Source of the DNA: an uncultured bacterium
Lineage (GTDB): Bacteria; Methylomirabilota; Methylomirabilia; Methylomirabilales; JACQHM01
DNA: 64,000 nucleotides
Assembly (NCBI GenBank): GCA_964535215.1
Contig: CAZHST010000001.1
Span: 82,621 to 146,620, forward strand
Direction of reading: 5' to 3'
Made by a program: the position numbers and the translations under genes. Position 1 is the stretch's first letter; every line of letters begins with the position of its first letter. This document shows, piece by piece, positions 26,337-34,506 of the stretch. The notes under the pieces were generated by a model. That model was not told where the DNA came from and ran no database searches. It worked only from the letters and a program-made list of their open reading frames with translations.

Positions 26337-27785
26337 ATGGTGGGGAATGAGAATCCTCAAGGCGTTCGCACGGTGAAGGCGGGGGATCTCAAGCCCCCGT
26401 GGGAGATCCGGGAACTTCCCGCACCCCCTGCGCTGTCCCTGAAGGGGCTCTTCCAATGGGCCGGTCCGGCGATCATCCTGGGGGCCCTTTCCGTGGGCGG
26501 CTTTGAGGCCTACCATGCCGGGTATATGGGGGCCAAGCTCTTCGTGGGCATCTTCTGGCTCTACTGGCTCTCCTGCATCGCCCAGCTGTTCCTGAACCAG
26601 GAGATCGCCCGTTACACCATGGCGACGGGGGAGACGGTCCTCCAGGGATTCACCCGCCTGCGTCCGGCCAAATTCTGGGCCTGGTTCTCGGCCCTCTTCT
26701 GCTGGCTTCAGGTAGCCTGGCCCGCCTGGATCACGGGCGCCGCCGCCGGGGCCGCCGCGGTCTTTGGGTTCGGGACCTGGCAGGCCTGGTCCGTCGTGGC
26801 CCTGGTTGCGGTGTTTATCTGCTTCGCGGCCAGCCGCTACGTGTACAACACGTTGGAGATCATCATGTACGCCGCATTCGTTGTGGCGAACATCGGGCTG
26901 GCCTTCTTCACGGTGCTGATGAGCACCCCCCAGGCGGCGCTGGAAACGGCCAGAGGCTGGGTGAGCGTGGGCTCCTTCCCTGCCGGCATCACCCTGAGCA
27001 TGATCGGGCCTTTCCTCCTGCAGCCGGCCGGCGGGTTCTGGAACTTCTGGCACACCTACTGGGTGCGGGAAAAAGGCATGGGGATGGGCAGGTACTTTGG
27101 CCGGGTCACAGGGTTGGTGGCCAAGCCCGAGGAGATCAGCAGGACCGGGTACATCTTCGATGCGGACAATCCGGTTGAGTTGGCTAAGTTTAAACGATGG
27201 CTCACGCTCAACAATCTCACACTGGCCATCTTCTTCGTGATCCTGGGAGGGGTGTTCTTCACCTTCTTTGCTGGCCTGGCCGGGTATTCGGCGAAAACTC
27301 TCTACAATATGGATGTCCCCTCCGGCTGGAAGATCGCCATTGTGCTGTCGGAGATCTTCAAATCGGCGTACGGGCAGATCGGGTTCGCCTTCTTCGGGAT
27401 CATCCTGATCTTTGCCCTCTTCGACTCCCAGTTTTCCATCTACGACGGGATCGCCCGGATGTGGGCCGATACCTTCTTCCTGGAGCATCCGACGGTTTTC
27501 GGGAAACGCCCCTACCGGTTCTGGTACTTCGTCTTGCTGGGGGCCCTGGTCGTCTACGGGTTGATCGGCGTCTGGCTGAAGACCCCTTACATCATCTGGC
27601 TGATCGCCAACTGGCTGGGGACGGCAGCCCAGGCCTACGTGACCTTCATGGTTATTCTCCTGAACCGAAAACTGTTGCCGGAGAAGATCCGACCAAAAGG
27701 GGTCTCGTTGGCCGTGAACCTCCTCTGGGGGACGATCCTCCTTGTGTATTTCGTCGCCTGGACCATCAAGGATCGGCCGTTCTGA
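26337..27785 (+). CDS. Nramp-related transporter family protein (paralog 1 of 3)
   Basis: 482 aa, 11-12 TM helices. Shares a YWVREKGMGMG loop motif and overall collinearity with 61440..62894 and 62897..64000. Confidence 0.65.
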   Translation: MVGNENPQGVRTVKAGDLKPPWEIRELPAPPALSLKGLFQWAGPAIILGALSVGGFEAYHAGYMGAKLFVGIFWLYWLSCIAQLFLNQEIARYTMATGETVLQGFTRLRPAKFWAWFSALFCWLQVAWPAWITGAAAGAAAVFGFGTWQAWSVVALVAVFICFAASRYVYNTLEIIMYAAFVVANIGLAFFTVLMSTPQAALETARGWVSVGSFPAGITLSMIGPFLLQPAGGFWNFWHTYWVREKGMGMGRYFGRVTGLVAKPEEISRTGYIFDADNPVELAKFKRWLTLNNLTLAIFFVILGGVFFTFFAGLAGYSAKTLYNMDVPSGWKIAIVLSEIFKSAYGQIGFAFFGIILIFALFDSQFSIYDGIARMWADTFFLEHPTVFGKRPYRFWYFVLLGALVVYGLIGVWLKTPYIIWLIANWLGTAAQAYVTFMVILLNRKLLPEKIRPKGVSLAVNLLWGTILLVYFVAWTIKDRPF

Positions 27786-28514
27786 TCATCGCTTCCCAAC
27801 TTGATAGCGATGAATGGTGGCCAGGAGGTCCTTCACCCGTTGGGCGCTGGTGTTGCCGGTCCTCCCCCCATAGCAGACCGAGCCGCGGACGCCGATTAAG
27901 TCCGTCCCGATCTCGATCAGCGCCGGGATGTCCTCCTCGCTTAAGGAGCCCAAAAGAATGGTCTTCAGGTGGTAGAGGTGGGCCCGGCCGACGAACCGTT
28001 GGAGTTCTGGGGGGCTCATGTAGTTGAAGAGGTGGTGCTTGGTGTACCGTTGGACATCAACGGCCACGGCATCGATCTTGGAGCCCCGGAGTAGCTCGAG
28101 GGCATCCCAGGGGTTAATGGCCTCCAGCTCCTCGTAGTCGGCGTACACACCGACGGCCGTCAGCACCGCAGGGTAGCGTTTCTTAACCTCTTCCCCTAAA
28201 TCCTTGATGATCCTGGAAGCTTCCTCCTTCGAGGTCACCTTGTAGAGGCCGGCCGTGACATGATGGGTGGCCCCGGATTCGATGGCTCCTACCGCTGCCT
28301 GAGCGACCGTCCCCGCCATCCTCTCGTGGAAGTCGCCCAAAGCCGCTCCCACATTGATCCTCCTGGGAACGGCCTTCCGAACGTCCCGGATGATGCTGGG
28401 GAGATGAGCGCCCAGGGATCCTTCCTGCAGGTTTTTTACACTGATGAACTTCGCTCCCCCTTCAACAGCGGCCCTGGCATCCTCCTTAGACATGACGACG
28501 ATGACCGCTTCCAT
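27786..28514 (-). CDS. MfnB-like (5-formylfuran-3-yl)methyl phosphate synthase, UPF0264/DUF556 family
   Basis: ATG at 28514. EGGAKFISVKNLQEGSLGA...GTDLIGVRGSVC aligns by eye with methanogen MfnB (GGADIIDVKNP.EGSLGA ... GTDIVGVRGAAC). Confidence 0.65.
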   Translation of the reverse strand: MEAVIVVMSKEDARAAVEGGAKFISVKNLQEGSLGAHLPSIIRDVRKAVPRRINVGAALGDFHERMAGTVAQAAVGAIESGATHHVTAGLYKVTSKEEASRIIKDLGEEVKKRYPAVLTAVGVYADYEELEAINPWDALELLRGSKIDAVAVDVQRYTKHHLFNYMSPPELQRFVGRAHLYHLKTILLGSLSEEDIPALIEIGTDLIGVRGSVCYGGRTGNTSAQRVKDLLATIHRYQVGKR

Positions 28515-28597
28515 CCTTCCTTCTCTGGAACGTTCATCCCCCTCCCCCTTGCCCCCTCCCACCAGGGGGAGGAGGGGACTTTGGAGGGTGCCTCCTG

Positions 28598-28975
28598 TCA
28601 ATGGTCCACGAGAAGCTCGATGGACTCCACCCCCCGGCCACCCAGGAGACCGGAGACCGTGCCGCAGGAGGGGCACTCGGCGTAGGGCGTCGGATCGTGG
28701 CCGTCCGCCTGGCCCTCCTGGCCGGGTCCGTTGTACCCGCACATCGGGCAGTGCAAGGTGGCCGGGACAAGGACAAGGTTCAAAAGGGAGTTCTCGAGGA
28801 TCGTCCCTTTGACCAGGAGTTCGTAGGCCTGCCGGAGGGAGGCCTCCGAGTGGGCATCCAAGGCCCCCACCTTGAGGAGGACCTCCTTGACAGACCCCGC
28901 GGAGCGAATTCCCTGCTTATCGAGGTGGTCGAGGATGGCCTCGATCACCCGCTCCATCAGCGAGTATTCGTGCAT
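28598..28975 (-). CDS. hypA: Hydrogenase nickel-insertion protein HypA
   Basis: N-terminal MHEYSL (Ni-binding MHE motif). Zinc site CPMCG...CPSCG with a long spacer. Confidence 0.85.
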   Translation of the reverse strand: MHEYSLMERVIEAILDHLDKQGIRSAGSVKEVLLKVGALDAHSEASLRQAYELLVKGTILENSLLNLVLVPATLHCPMCGYNGPGQEGQADGHDPTPYAECPSCGTVSGLLGGRGVESIELLVDH

Positions 28976-29454
28976 AGGCCTTTGCCCCTCCAATCTTCTA
29001 ACACCTGCCGGGCCCTTTCGACGAACCTCGGGAGGGCTTCCTCCACCGATGGACTCAATCCCTCCCGGAACTCAAAGGGGTTCTCCACTTCCAGGGCCAG
29101 GATGCGGATCTCTTTCGGAAGGGCCATGTCCAACCGTTGGGCCATCTGGAGGGCCTCCGGGAGGCCGGCGTAGTGGGGGGAGGGGGCCAGGATCTTCTGA
29201 AAATCCTCCGGCAAAAACTCCAGCACGGTCCCGGGAGGACAGCCCCCGGTCATGACGGCATCCAGCAGAAGGGCCCGTTCGTAACCCTCCAGGAGCTCCA
29301 GAAGCGCCAGTCCGGCCTCGGAGGACTCCACGATCTCGACATCTCCCTGGAACTCTTTCTTCAAGATCCGGGCCGCGGCAAGACCGGCCCCATCGTCTCC
29401 CAGGATGTCGTTCCCCAGGGCCAGGAGGAGGATCCGCCGGCTGGAGACCCTCAT
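28957..29454 (-). CDS. [NiFe]-hydrogenase maturation endopeptidase
   Basis: ILLLALGNDILGDDGAGL motif. Located directly downstream of the large subunit. Confidence 0.85.
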   Translation of the reverse strand: MRVSSRRILLLALGNDILGDDGAGLAAARILKKEFQGDVEIVESSEAGLALLELLEGYERALLLDAVMTGGCPPGTVLEFLPEDFQKILAPSPHYAGLPEALQMAQRLDMALPKEIRILALEVENPFEFREGLSPSVEEALPRFVERARQVLEDWRGKGLCTNTR

Positions 29455-30974
29455 CTCCTGATCTCCCGGATGACCTGACCGGAGGAATCGCGGAGCCGGA
29501 CGATCAGGGGCATCTGGCCGGGCAGGGTGTGGGTGGCGCAGGCGTGGCAGGGATCGTACGCCCGGAAGGCCATCTCCACCCTGTTCAGCAGGCCCTCGGC
29601 GACCTCCCCATGATGGATCAGCCCTCTAGCGGCTTTCTCGACACTCATGGCGATCCGGGCCGAGTTGTTTTGCGTGGCCACGATGAGGTTGGCTTTTCGG
29701 ATGAGACCGTTCTCGTCGGTTTCGTAGTGGTGAAAGAGGGTCCCCCGGGGCGCCTCGACTACACCGATGCCCGTCGTGGGGGTGGTTGTTGGGATGACCC
29801 TCAGGTCCTTGCTGGTGATTTCAGGGTCGTGGAGGAGTTCCTTCATCCTCTCGGCGGCGTAGACCATCTCGACCACCCTGGCCCAGTGGTTGGCCAGGGT
29901 GTGGTGGACCGGCTTCCCGCCAAGGGTCGTGAAGAACTCCTCGTAGGCCTCCTGGGCTTGGGGCGTGGCCATCCCATCGGCGACGTTCAAGCGGGCTAAG
30001 GGGGCCACGGAGTAGATCCCGCTCCCGGGGCCCTCGGTAAACCCGTTCCATCCTACAGGCTTGAGATAGCAGAACTTCACATAACTCCACGGCTCCACAT
30101 GCTCAGCTATGTAGTCCAGGTATTGTTGCGCAGGGAACCGGGCAAATTCTTGCCCGTTGGGATCCACCACGCGGATCTTCCCATCGTAGAAGTTCACCCG
30201 GTTGTTCTCATCCACCAGGCCCATGTAGTAGGTTCGATGGGTGTAGGTGTCCGAGGTGATGAGGTTCACGTAGTCTGCATTGCTGAGGACAAGATCCTTG
30301 AAGACCTGGAGGGTGAAGAGGGCGAAGTCCAGGCCGTCCTTAGCCAGTTCTTGAAATTTGGGAAGGTCTTCGGCAGCAATCCCTTTAGCCACCCCTCCGG
30401 GGAGCCCCAGGACCGGGTGGATCACCTTCCCGCCGATGGAGGCGATCAACTCCCGGAGCCGGCGGCGCATAGAAATAACTTTCTTGCCGATATCCAACCC
30501 TACCTTCTGAATCACCCCAACAACATTTCGCATCTCCGGAGGGGCATCCGGCCCGACGATAAAATCAGGACCACCAAGGATATACACATGGAGGGCATGA
30601 TCCTCCAGCATGAAGGTGTTATAGACGAGTTCTCGAATCTTTCTGGCGGGAGAAGGCGGCTCGACCCGGTATAAATCATCCAGGGCTTTCGTAGACGCCA
30701 TATGATGGGCCGTGGGGCAAACGCCGCAGATCCGGCTGGTGATCTGAGGCATATCCTCGGCCGGGCGCCCGCGGCTGAACACCTCAAACCCGCGAAGTTC
30801 CGGCACCTGAAAGTAGGCCCGCTCCACCTCTCCTTGCTCGTCCAGGAAGATGTCAATCTTCCCGTGGCCTTCCAGCCGGGTGATGGGGTCAATGGTGATC
30901 CTTCGCCTCTCTCGATAGGCTTCATTCGCCCGTTGCTGCGCTTCATTCCACACGTGTTGAAGGGGTTCTTTCAT
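29451..30974 (-). CDS. mvhA: Cytoplasmic [NiFe]-hydrogenase large subunit, Mvh/group 3c-like
   Basis: L1 motif RICGVCPTAHH; C-terminal L2 motif DPCHACATH (Cys, not Sec). RLEGHGKI near the N-terminus. Confidence 0.9.
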   Translation of the reverse strand: MKEPLQHVWNEAQQRANEAYRERRRITIDPITRLEGHGKIDIFLDEQGEVERAYFQVPELRGFEVFSRGRPAEDMPQITSRICGVCPTAHHMASTKALDDLYRVEPPSPARKIRELVYNTFMLEDHALHVYILGGPDFIVGPDAPPEMRNVVGVIQKVGLDIGKKVISMRRRLRELIASIGGKVIHPVLGLPGGVAKGIAAEDLPKFQELAKDGLDFALFTLQVFKDLVLSNADYVNLITSDTYTHRTYYMGLVDENNRVNFYDGKIRVVDPNGQEFARFPAQQYLDYIAEHVEPWSYVKFCYLKPVGWNGFTEGPGSGIYSVAPLARLNVADGMATPQAQEAYEEFFTTLGGKPVHHTLANHWARVVEMVYAAERMKELLHDPEITSKDLRVIPTTTPTTGIGVVEAPRGTLFHHYETDENGLIRKANLIVATQNNSARIAMSVEKAARGLIHHGEVAEGLLNRVEMAFRAYDPCHACATHTLPGQMPLIVRLRDSSGQVIREIRR

Positions 30975-30995
30975 GACGCTCTCCCTCTTAAAGGA

Positions 30996-31970
30996 TCATC
31001 GCGGGGTCTTCACGTTTCCCCGGAGCAGGGCCTTGGCCAGCCCGTACCGGTAAAACGTGCCGACCGGGTCAGGGATGCCGGAGAGAATCTTCTCGATCTC
31101 TGCCCCTTCCTTGGCGTTGACAGAAGACGCGAGGGAAGAGAGGATCTTGGCGCCCTGATCCTTGACGCGGGAGGTGGGTCCAAAACAGCCGGTGCACGGC
31201 ATGTTACCTTTGATGCACAGGGCCTCACAGCCGCCTCGTGTGGCAGGCCCCATACACACAATCCCCTGGGCCAGGAAACACGTTTCCGGGTCAACCTTGG
31301 TCCAGTGGGGGCGTTTGAACTCGGTGAAGTTCAGGTCTGTAGGTTTTGTCTCCTTTCGGGGACACTCATCGCAGAGGGCGATGTCCGGTGCGAGGACGGC
31401 TCCCTTCGGGGGCAGATTCCCGGACAGAAGGGTCAGCACCGCTTGCTTCAGCAGCCTGGGCGTGGGGGGGCACCCGGGGAGATAATAATCCACATCCACC
31501 ACCTGGTCAAGGGATCGGACGACCTGCCGGAATTGGGGGAGGGTGGTGACGCGGCCGTTGTCCTCATACTTCGGTGCGGGACGGGTCCTTTGCTCGTTCA
31601 CCACCGTAGGGGCTTCCTCATAGACATCCTTCAGAATCTGTTCCCGGTCAAACTGGTTGGCCAGGCTGGGGATGCCCCCTAAGTGGGCACAGGCACCGTA
31701 GGCGATGAGGATTTGGCTTTTCCGGCGTAGCAGCCGGGCCATCTCCTCCTGCTCCGACGTCCGGATCGCCCCGTTGATCATCGTCGCCAGAATCGAACCA
31801 TCGGGCATCGCCTCCACATCCTCCTTTTTGAAATCCATGGCCACCGGCCAGAAGACAATGTCCACGGCGTCCACGACCGTGAGGATGTCTTCGGCCAGGT
31901 CCACGATGGACTCCTCGCACCCGCCGCAGGACGCACACCAGTAAAAGGCCACCTTGGGTTTCTCAGGCAT
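30996..31970 (-). CDS. mvhG: [NiFe]-hydrogenase small subunit, Mvh/group 3c-like, no Tat signal
   Basis: N-terminal FYWCASCGGCEES proximal-cluster motif. No signal peptide. Confidence 0.9.
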   Translation of the reverse strand: MPEKPKVAFYWCASCGGCEESIVDLAEDILTVVDAVDIVFWPVAMDFKKEDVEAMPDGSILATMINGAIRTSEQEEMARLLRRKSQILIAYGACAHLGGIPSLANQFDREQILKDVYEEAPTVVNEQRTRPAPKYEDNGRVTTLPQFRQVVRSLDQVVDVDYYLPGCPPTPRLLKQAVLTLLSGNLPPKGAVLAPDIALCDECPRKETKPTDLNFTEFKRPHWTKVDPETCFLAQGIVCMGPATRGGCEALCIKGNMPCTGCFGPTSRVKDQGAKILSSLASSVNAKEGAEIEKILSGIPDPVGTFYRYGLAKALLRGNVKTPR

Positions 31971-32466
31971 GGGTCACGACCTCCTCTGCCTCCGGGGTTT
32001 CCAGCTCCCGGTCCCACTCTTTGAAGCGGTCAGGCAACCTCAAAGGGCCCAGGGCCCACACCTTTTCGACCATGTCGTTGATCACCCATCTGACCTTTTC
32101 GCCCTCGGAGGCGGAGATCCACTCCAGGCGGAACCGGTCCTCTTCAACCCCCATGTCTTTCAATACCCGCTTCAGGAGGTGGAACCGCCGCAGGGTCTTG
32201 TAATTCCCTTCGATATAATGACAGTCCCCGGGATGGCATCCGCCGATCAGGACGCCGTCGGCCCCTTTGGCAAAGGCGTCCAGAACAAATTGAGGGTCAA
32301 TTCGTCCGGAGCACATCACCCGGATGATCCGGGCATGGGGGGCGTATTTCATCCGGGAGACCCCGGCCAGATCCGCGGCGGTATAGGTGCACCAGTTGCA
32401 GAAGAAGGCCACGATCCGGGGTTCCCACCCTCCCCTTGCGACATTCTTGTCCGGTTCTTTCTCCAT
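31963..32466 (-). CDS. mvhD: Methyl-viologen-reducing hydrogenase delta subunit MvhD
   Basis: Family signature FFCNWC...VMCSGR...GADGVLIGGCHPGDCHY. Confidence 0.9.
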   Translation of the reverse strand: MEKEPDKNVARGGWEPRIVAFFCNWCTYTAADLAGVSRMKYAPHARIIRVMCSGRIDPQFVLDAFAKGADGVLIGGCHPGDCHYIEGNYKTLRRFHLLKRVLKDMGVEEDRFRLEWISASEGEKVRWVINDMVEKVWALGPLRLPDRFKEWDRELETPEAEEVVTHA

Positions 32467-32499
32467 GATCCTGCCTCCTTTGGCGTGAGCCTTCAGCTT

Positions 32500-34506
32500 T
32501 TACACACCGGCCAGCACCCCTTCAATCTCGCTGAAGATCTCTTCGTCCTCAAAGAGGTTCTGCCTGATCGAGCCGGACGGGCAGGCGGCCACGCACACCC
32601 CGCAGCCCTTACAGAGGGCCTCATTGATCCAGGCCTTCTTTTTCGCCTCCCCAAAGGAGATGGCCGTGTAGGGGCAGAGGGGGATGCACGATTTGCAGCC
32701 GGAGCAGTCCTCTTCCACGATGTATGCGGTGTTGGGTTCCAGTTCCACAGAACCACTGTCAATGAGGGCAAGGGCCTCGGCGGCGGCAGCCCCCGCCTGC
32801 GCCACTGTATCGGGGATGTCCTTGGGACCCTGGCAGGCCCCGGCCAGGAAGATGCCGTCGGTGAAGGTGTTCACCGGCGCCAGCTTCGGGTGCCGCTCCA
32901 GGAAGAAGCCCTCGGTGGAGCAGGTGATGTTGAACAGACGGCGGACTTCCTGGGCATCCGTCCGTGGCTCCAATCCCACCGACAGCACCACCATGTCCAC
33001 GGGGATCTTCCGCACCCTCCCCAGCAGGGTGTCCTCCGCCTGGACGATCAGACGACCCTTGCCATCCGAGTCAGGATAGACATCCGCCACCTTGCCCCGG
33101 ATGAAATGCACCCCCTCCTCGGCCACCCGGTTGTAAAACTCCTCGAAGGCCTTGCCCGGGGCCCGGATGTCAATGTAGAAGTTGTAGACCTCGGCCCCGG
33201 TCTTCTCCTTGATGAGGTGCGCCAGCTTCAGCGAGTACATGCAGCAGACGCGGGAGCAGTACCGGTTGGTGTTCTCGTCGCGGCTGCCCACACAGTGGAT
33301 AATGGCCACCGCCCTTGGCCTCTCGCCGTTTCGCAGGACAACTTCACCACCCGTGGGTCCCGCCGCATTGATCAGGCGTTCCACCTCCAGGGCCGTGTAC
33401 ACGTTCGGGTAGGTCCCATACCCGTAGTAGGGGATGCGCCTGGCTTGAAAGACCTGGAACCCGGTGGCAATGATGATGGCGCCGACCTCTATCGTTTCGA
33501 TCCGTTCCCGCTGCTGGAAATCGATGGCGTTCCGCTCCCCGCAGACTTCCACACAGGTCTTCTTGCACTTCCCGCTCTTGAACTCGATGCAGGTCTCCGG
33601 GTCAATGACCACCACCTGCGGCACGGCCTGGGGGAAGGGGATGTACACGGGCTTCCGCTTGCCCAATCCCAGGTTGAACTCGTCGGGGAAACGGGCGTCC
33701 TTGTACACGCAGGCCTCGATGCACTCCAGACAGCCCACGCAGGCGTCTTCCAGGACATAGCGGGGCTTCCGCTTGACCGTCACCTTGAAGTTGCCGACGT
33801 ACCCTTCGACCTGAACGACTTCGGAGTAGGTCCAGAGGGTGATATTCGGGTGCGCCTTCACCGCCGTCATCTTCGGCGTCAGGATACAGGCGGCGCAGTC
33901 CAGGGTGGGGAAGGTCTTGTCGAACTTGGCCATGTGCCCCCCGATGGTCGGCTCCCGCTCCACCAGGTAGACGTGCTTCCCCGCGTTGGCGAGGGTGAGG
34001 GCCGCATGGATGCCGGCAATCCCCCCGCCCACCACCAGCACGTCCGGCTTGATGGGCACCCGTTTCCGTTCCAGCGGCTGATGCAGGGCGACACGGCGCA
34101 CGGCGGCGCGGATGAGATCCTTCGCTTTCTCCGTGGCCGCCTGCCCGTCCTCGTGCACCCACGAATCGTGCTCCCGGATGTTCACCATGTGAAAGTGGAA
34201 GGGGTTCAGCCCACCCTGCATGGTGGCATTGCGGAAGGTGGGCTCGTGCAAGAGGGGTGAACAGGCCGCCACGACGGTCCGGGTCAGGTTGTGTTCACGG
34301 ATGTCCTGCTTGATTAGCTCCTGTCCGGGGTCGGAGCACATGTACTTGTAGTCTCTGGCGACCACCACCCCGGGCAGGGTCGCGGCGTATTCTGTCAGGG
34401 CTGGTACGTCTACCGTGCCGGCGATGTTGGTGCCGCAGTGGCAGATGTAGACCCCGATGCGCACAGCGCCGTGGCCGTTGTCCTTCGGTTCCGCCATGGG
34501 AATCAC
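32500..34506 (-). CDS. hdrA: Heterodisulfide reductase subunit A (HdrA) flavoprotein
   Basis: 668 aa. FAD motif VVGGGIAGIHAAL and several CxxCxxCxxxCP ferredoxin motifs. No in-frame UGA. Confidence 0.9.
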   Translation of the reverse strand: MIPMAEPKDNGHGAVRIGVYICHCGTNIAGTVDVPALTEYAATLPGVVVARDYKYMCSDPGQELIKQDIREHNLTRTVVAACSPLLHEPTFRNATMQGGLNPFHFHMVNIREHDSWVHEDGQAATEKAKDLIRAAVRRVALHQPLERKRVPIKPDVLVVGGGIAGIHAALTLANAGKHVYLVEREPTIGGHMAKFDKTFPTLDCAACILTPKMTAVKAHPNITLWTYSEVVQVEGYVGNFKVTVKRKPRYVLEDACVGCLECIEACVYKDARFPDEFNLGLGKRKPVYIPFPQAVPQVVVIDPETCIEFKSGKCKKTCVEVCGERNAIDFQQRERIETIEVGAIIIATGFQVFQARRIPYYGYGTYPNVYTALEVERLINAAGPTGGEVVLRNGERPRAVAIIHCVGSRDENTNRYCSRVCCMYSLKLAHLIKEKTGAEVYNFYIDIRAPGKAFEEFYNRVAEEGVHFIRGKVADVYPDSDGKGRLIVQAEDTLLGRVRKIPVDMVVLSVGLEPRTDAQEVRRLFNITCSTEGFFLERHPKLAPVNTFTDGIFLAGACQGPKDIPDTVAQAGAAAAEALALIDSGSVELEPNTAYIVEEDCSGCKSCIPLCPYTAISFGEAKKKAWINEALCKGCGVCVAACPSGSIRQNLFEDEEIFSEIEGVLAGV

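Noticed and set aside
28515-28597. GC-rich hairpin CCTCCC-N6-GGGAGG between hypA and the mfnB-like gene, considered as a possible internal terminator.
   Set aside because: The stem is only 6 bp, no T-tract follows, and a good RBS for the next gene comes immediately after. It more likely reflects low-complexity G/C runs.
31954-34260. 768-aa ORF on the plus strand, antisense to hdrA/mvhD. Similar long shadow ORFs: 38627..40201 (+), 39730..41142 (-), 58551..59696 (-), 48328..49545 (-), 26229..27488 (-), 18872..19966 (-), 8223..9344 (+), 10671..11594 (-), 13359..14381 (+), 14284..15189 (-), 52878..53612 (-), 57808..58824 (-).
   Set aside because: All overlap, in antisense or in another frame, a gene with clear family motifs. 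Their translations are Arg/Pro/Gly/His-rich low-complexity strings with no motifs. Long stop-free shadow frames are expected in GC-rich DNA.
29451-34506. Checked the hydrogenase large subunit, MvhD and HdrA for selenocysteine codons, since two Sec candidates exist at 1-1.7 kb and these families have Sec forms in some methanogens.
   Set aside because: All three ORFs are uninterrupted. The relevant positions are Cys (for example DPCHACATH), so nothing here supports Sec.
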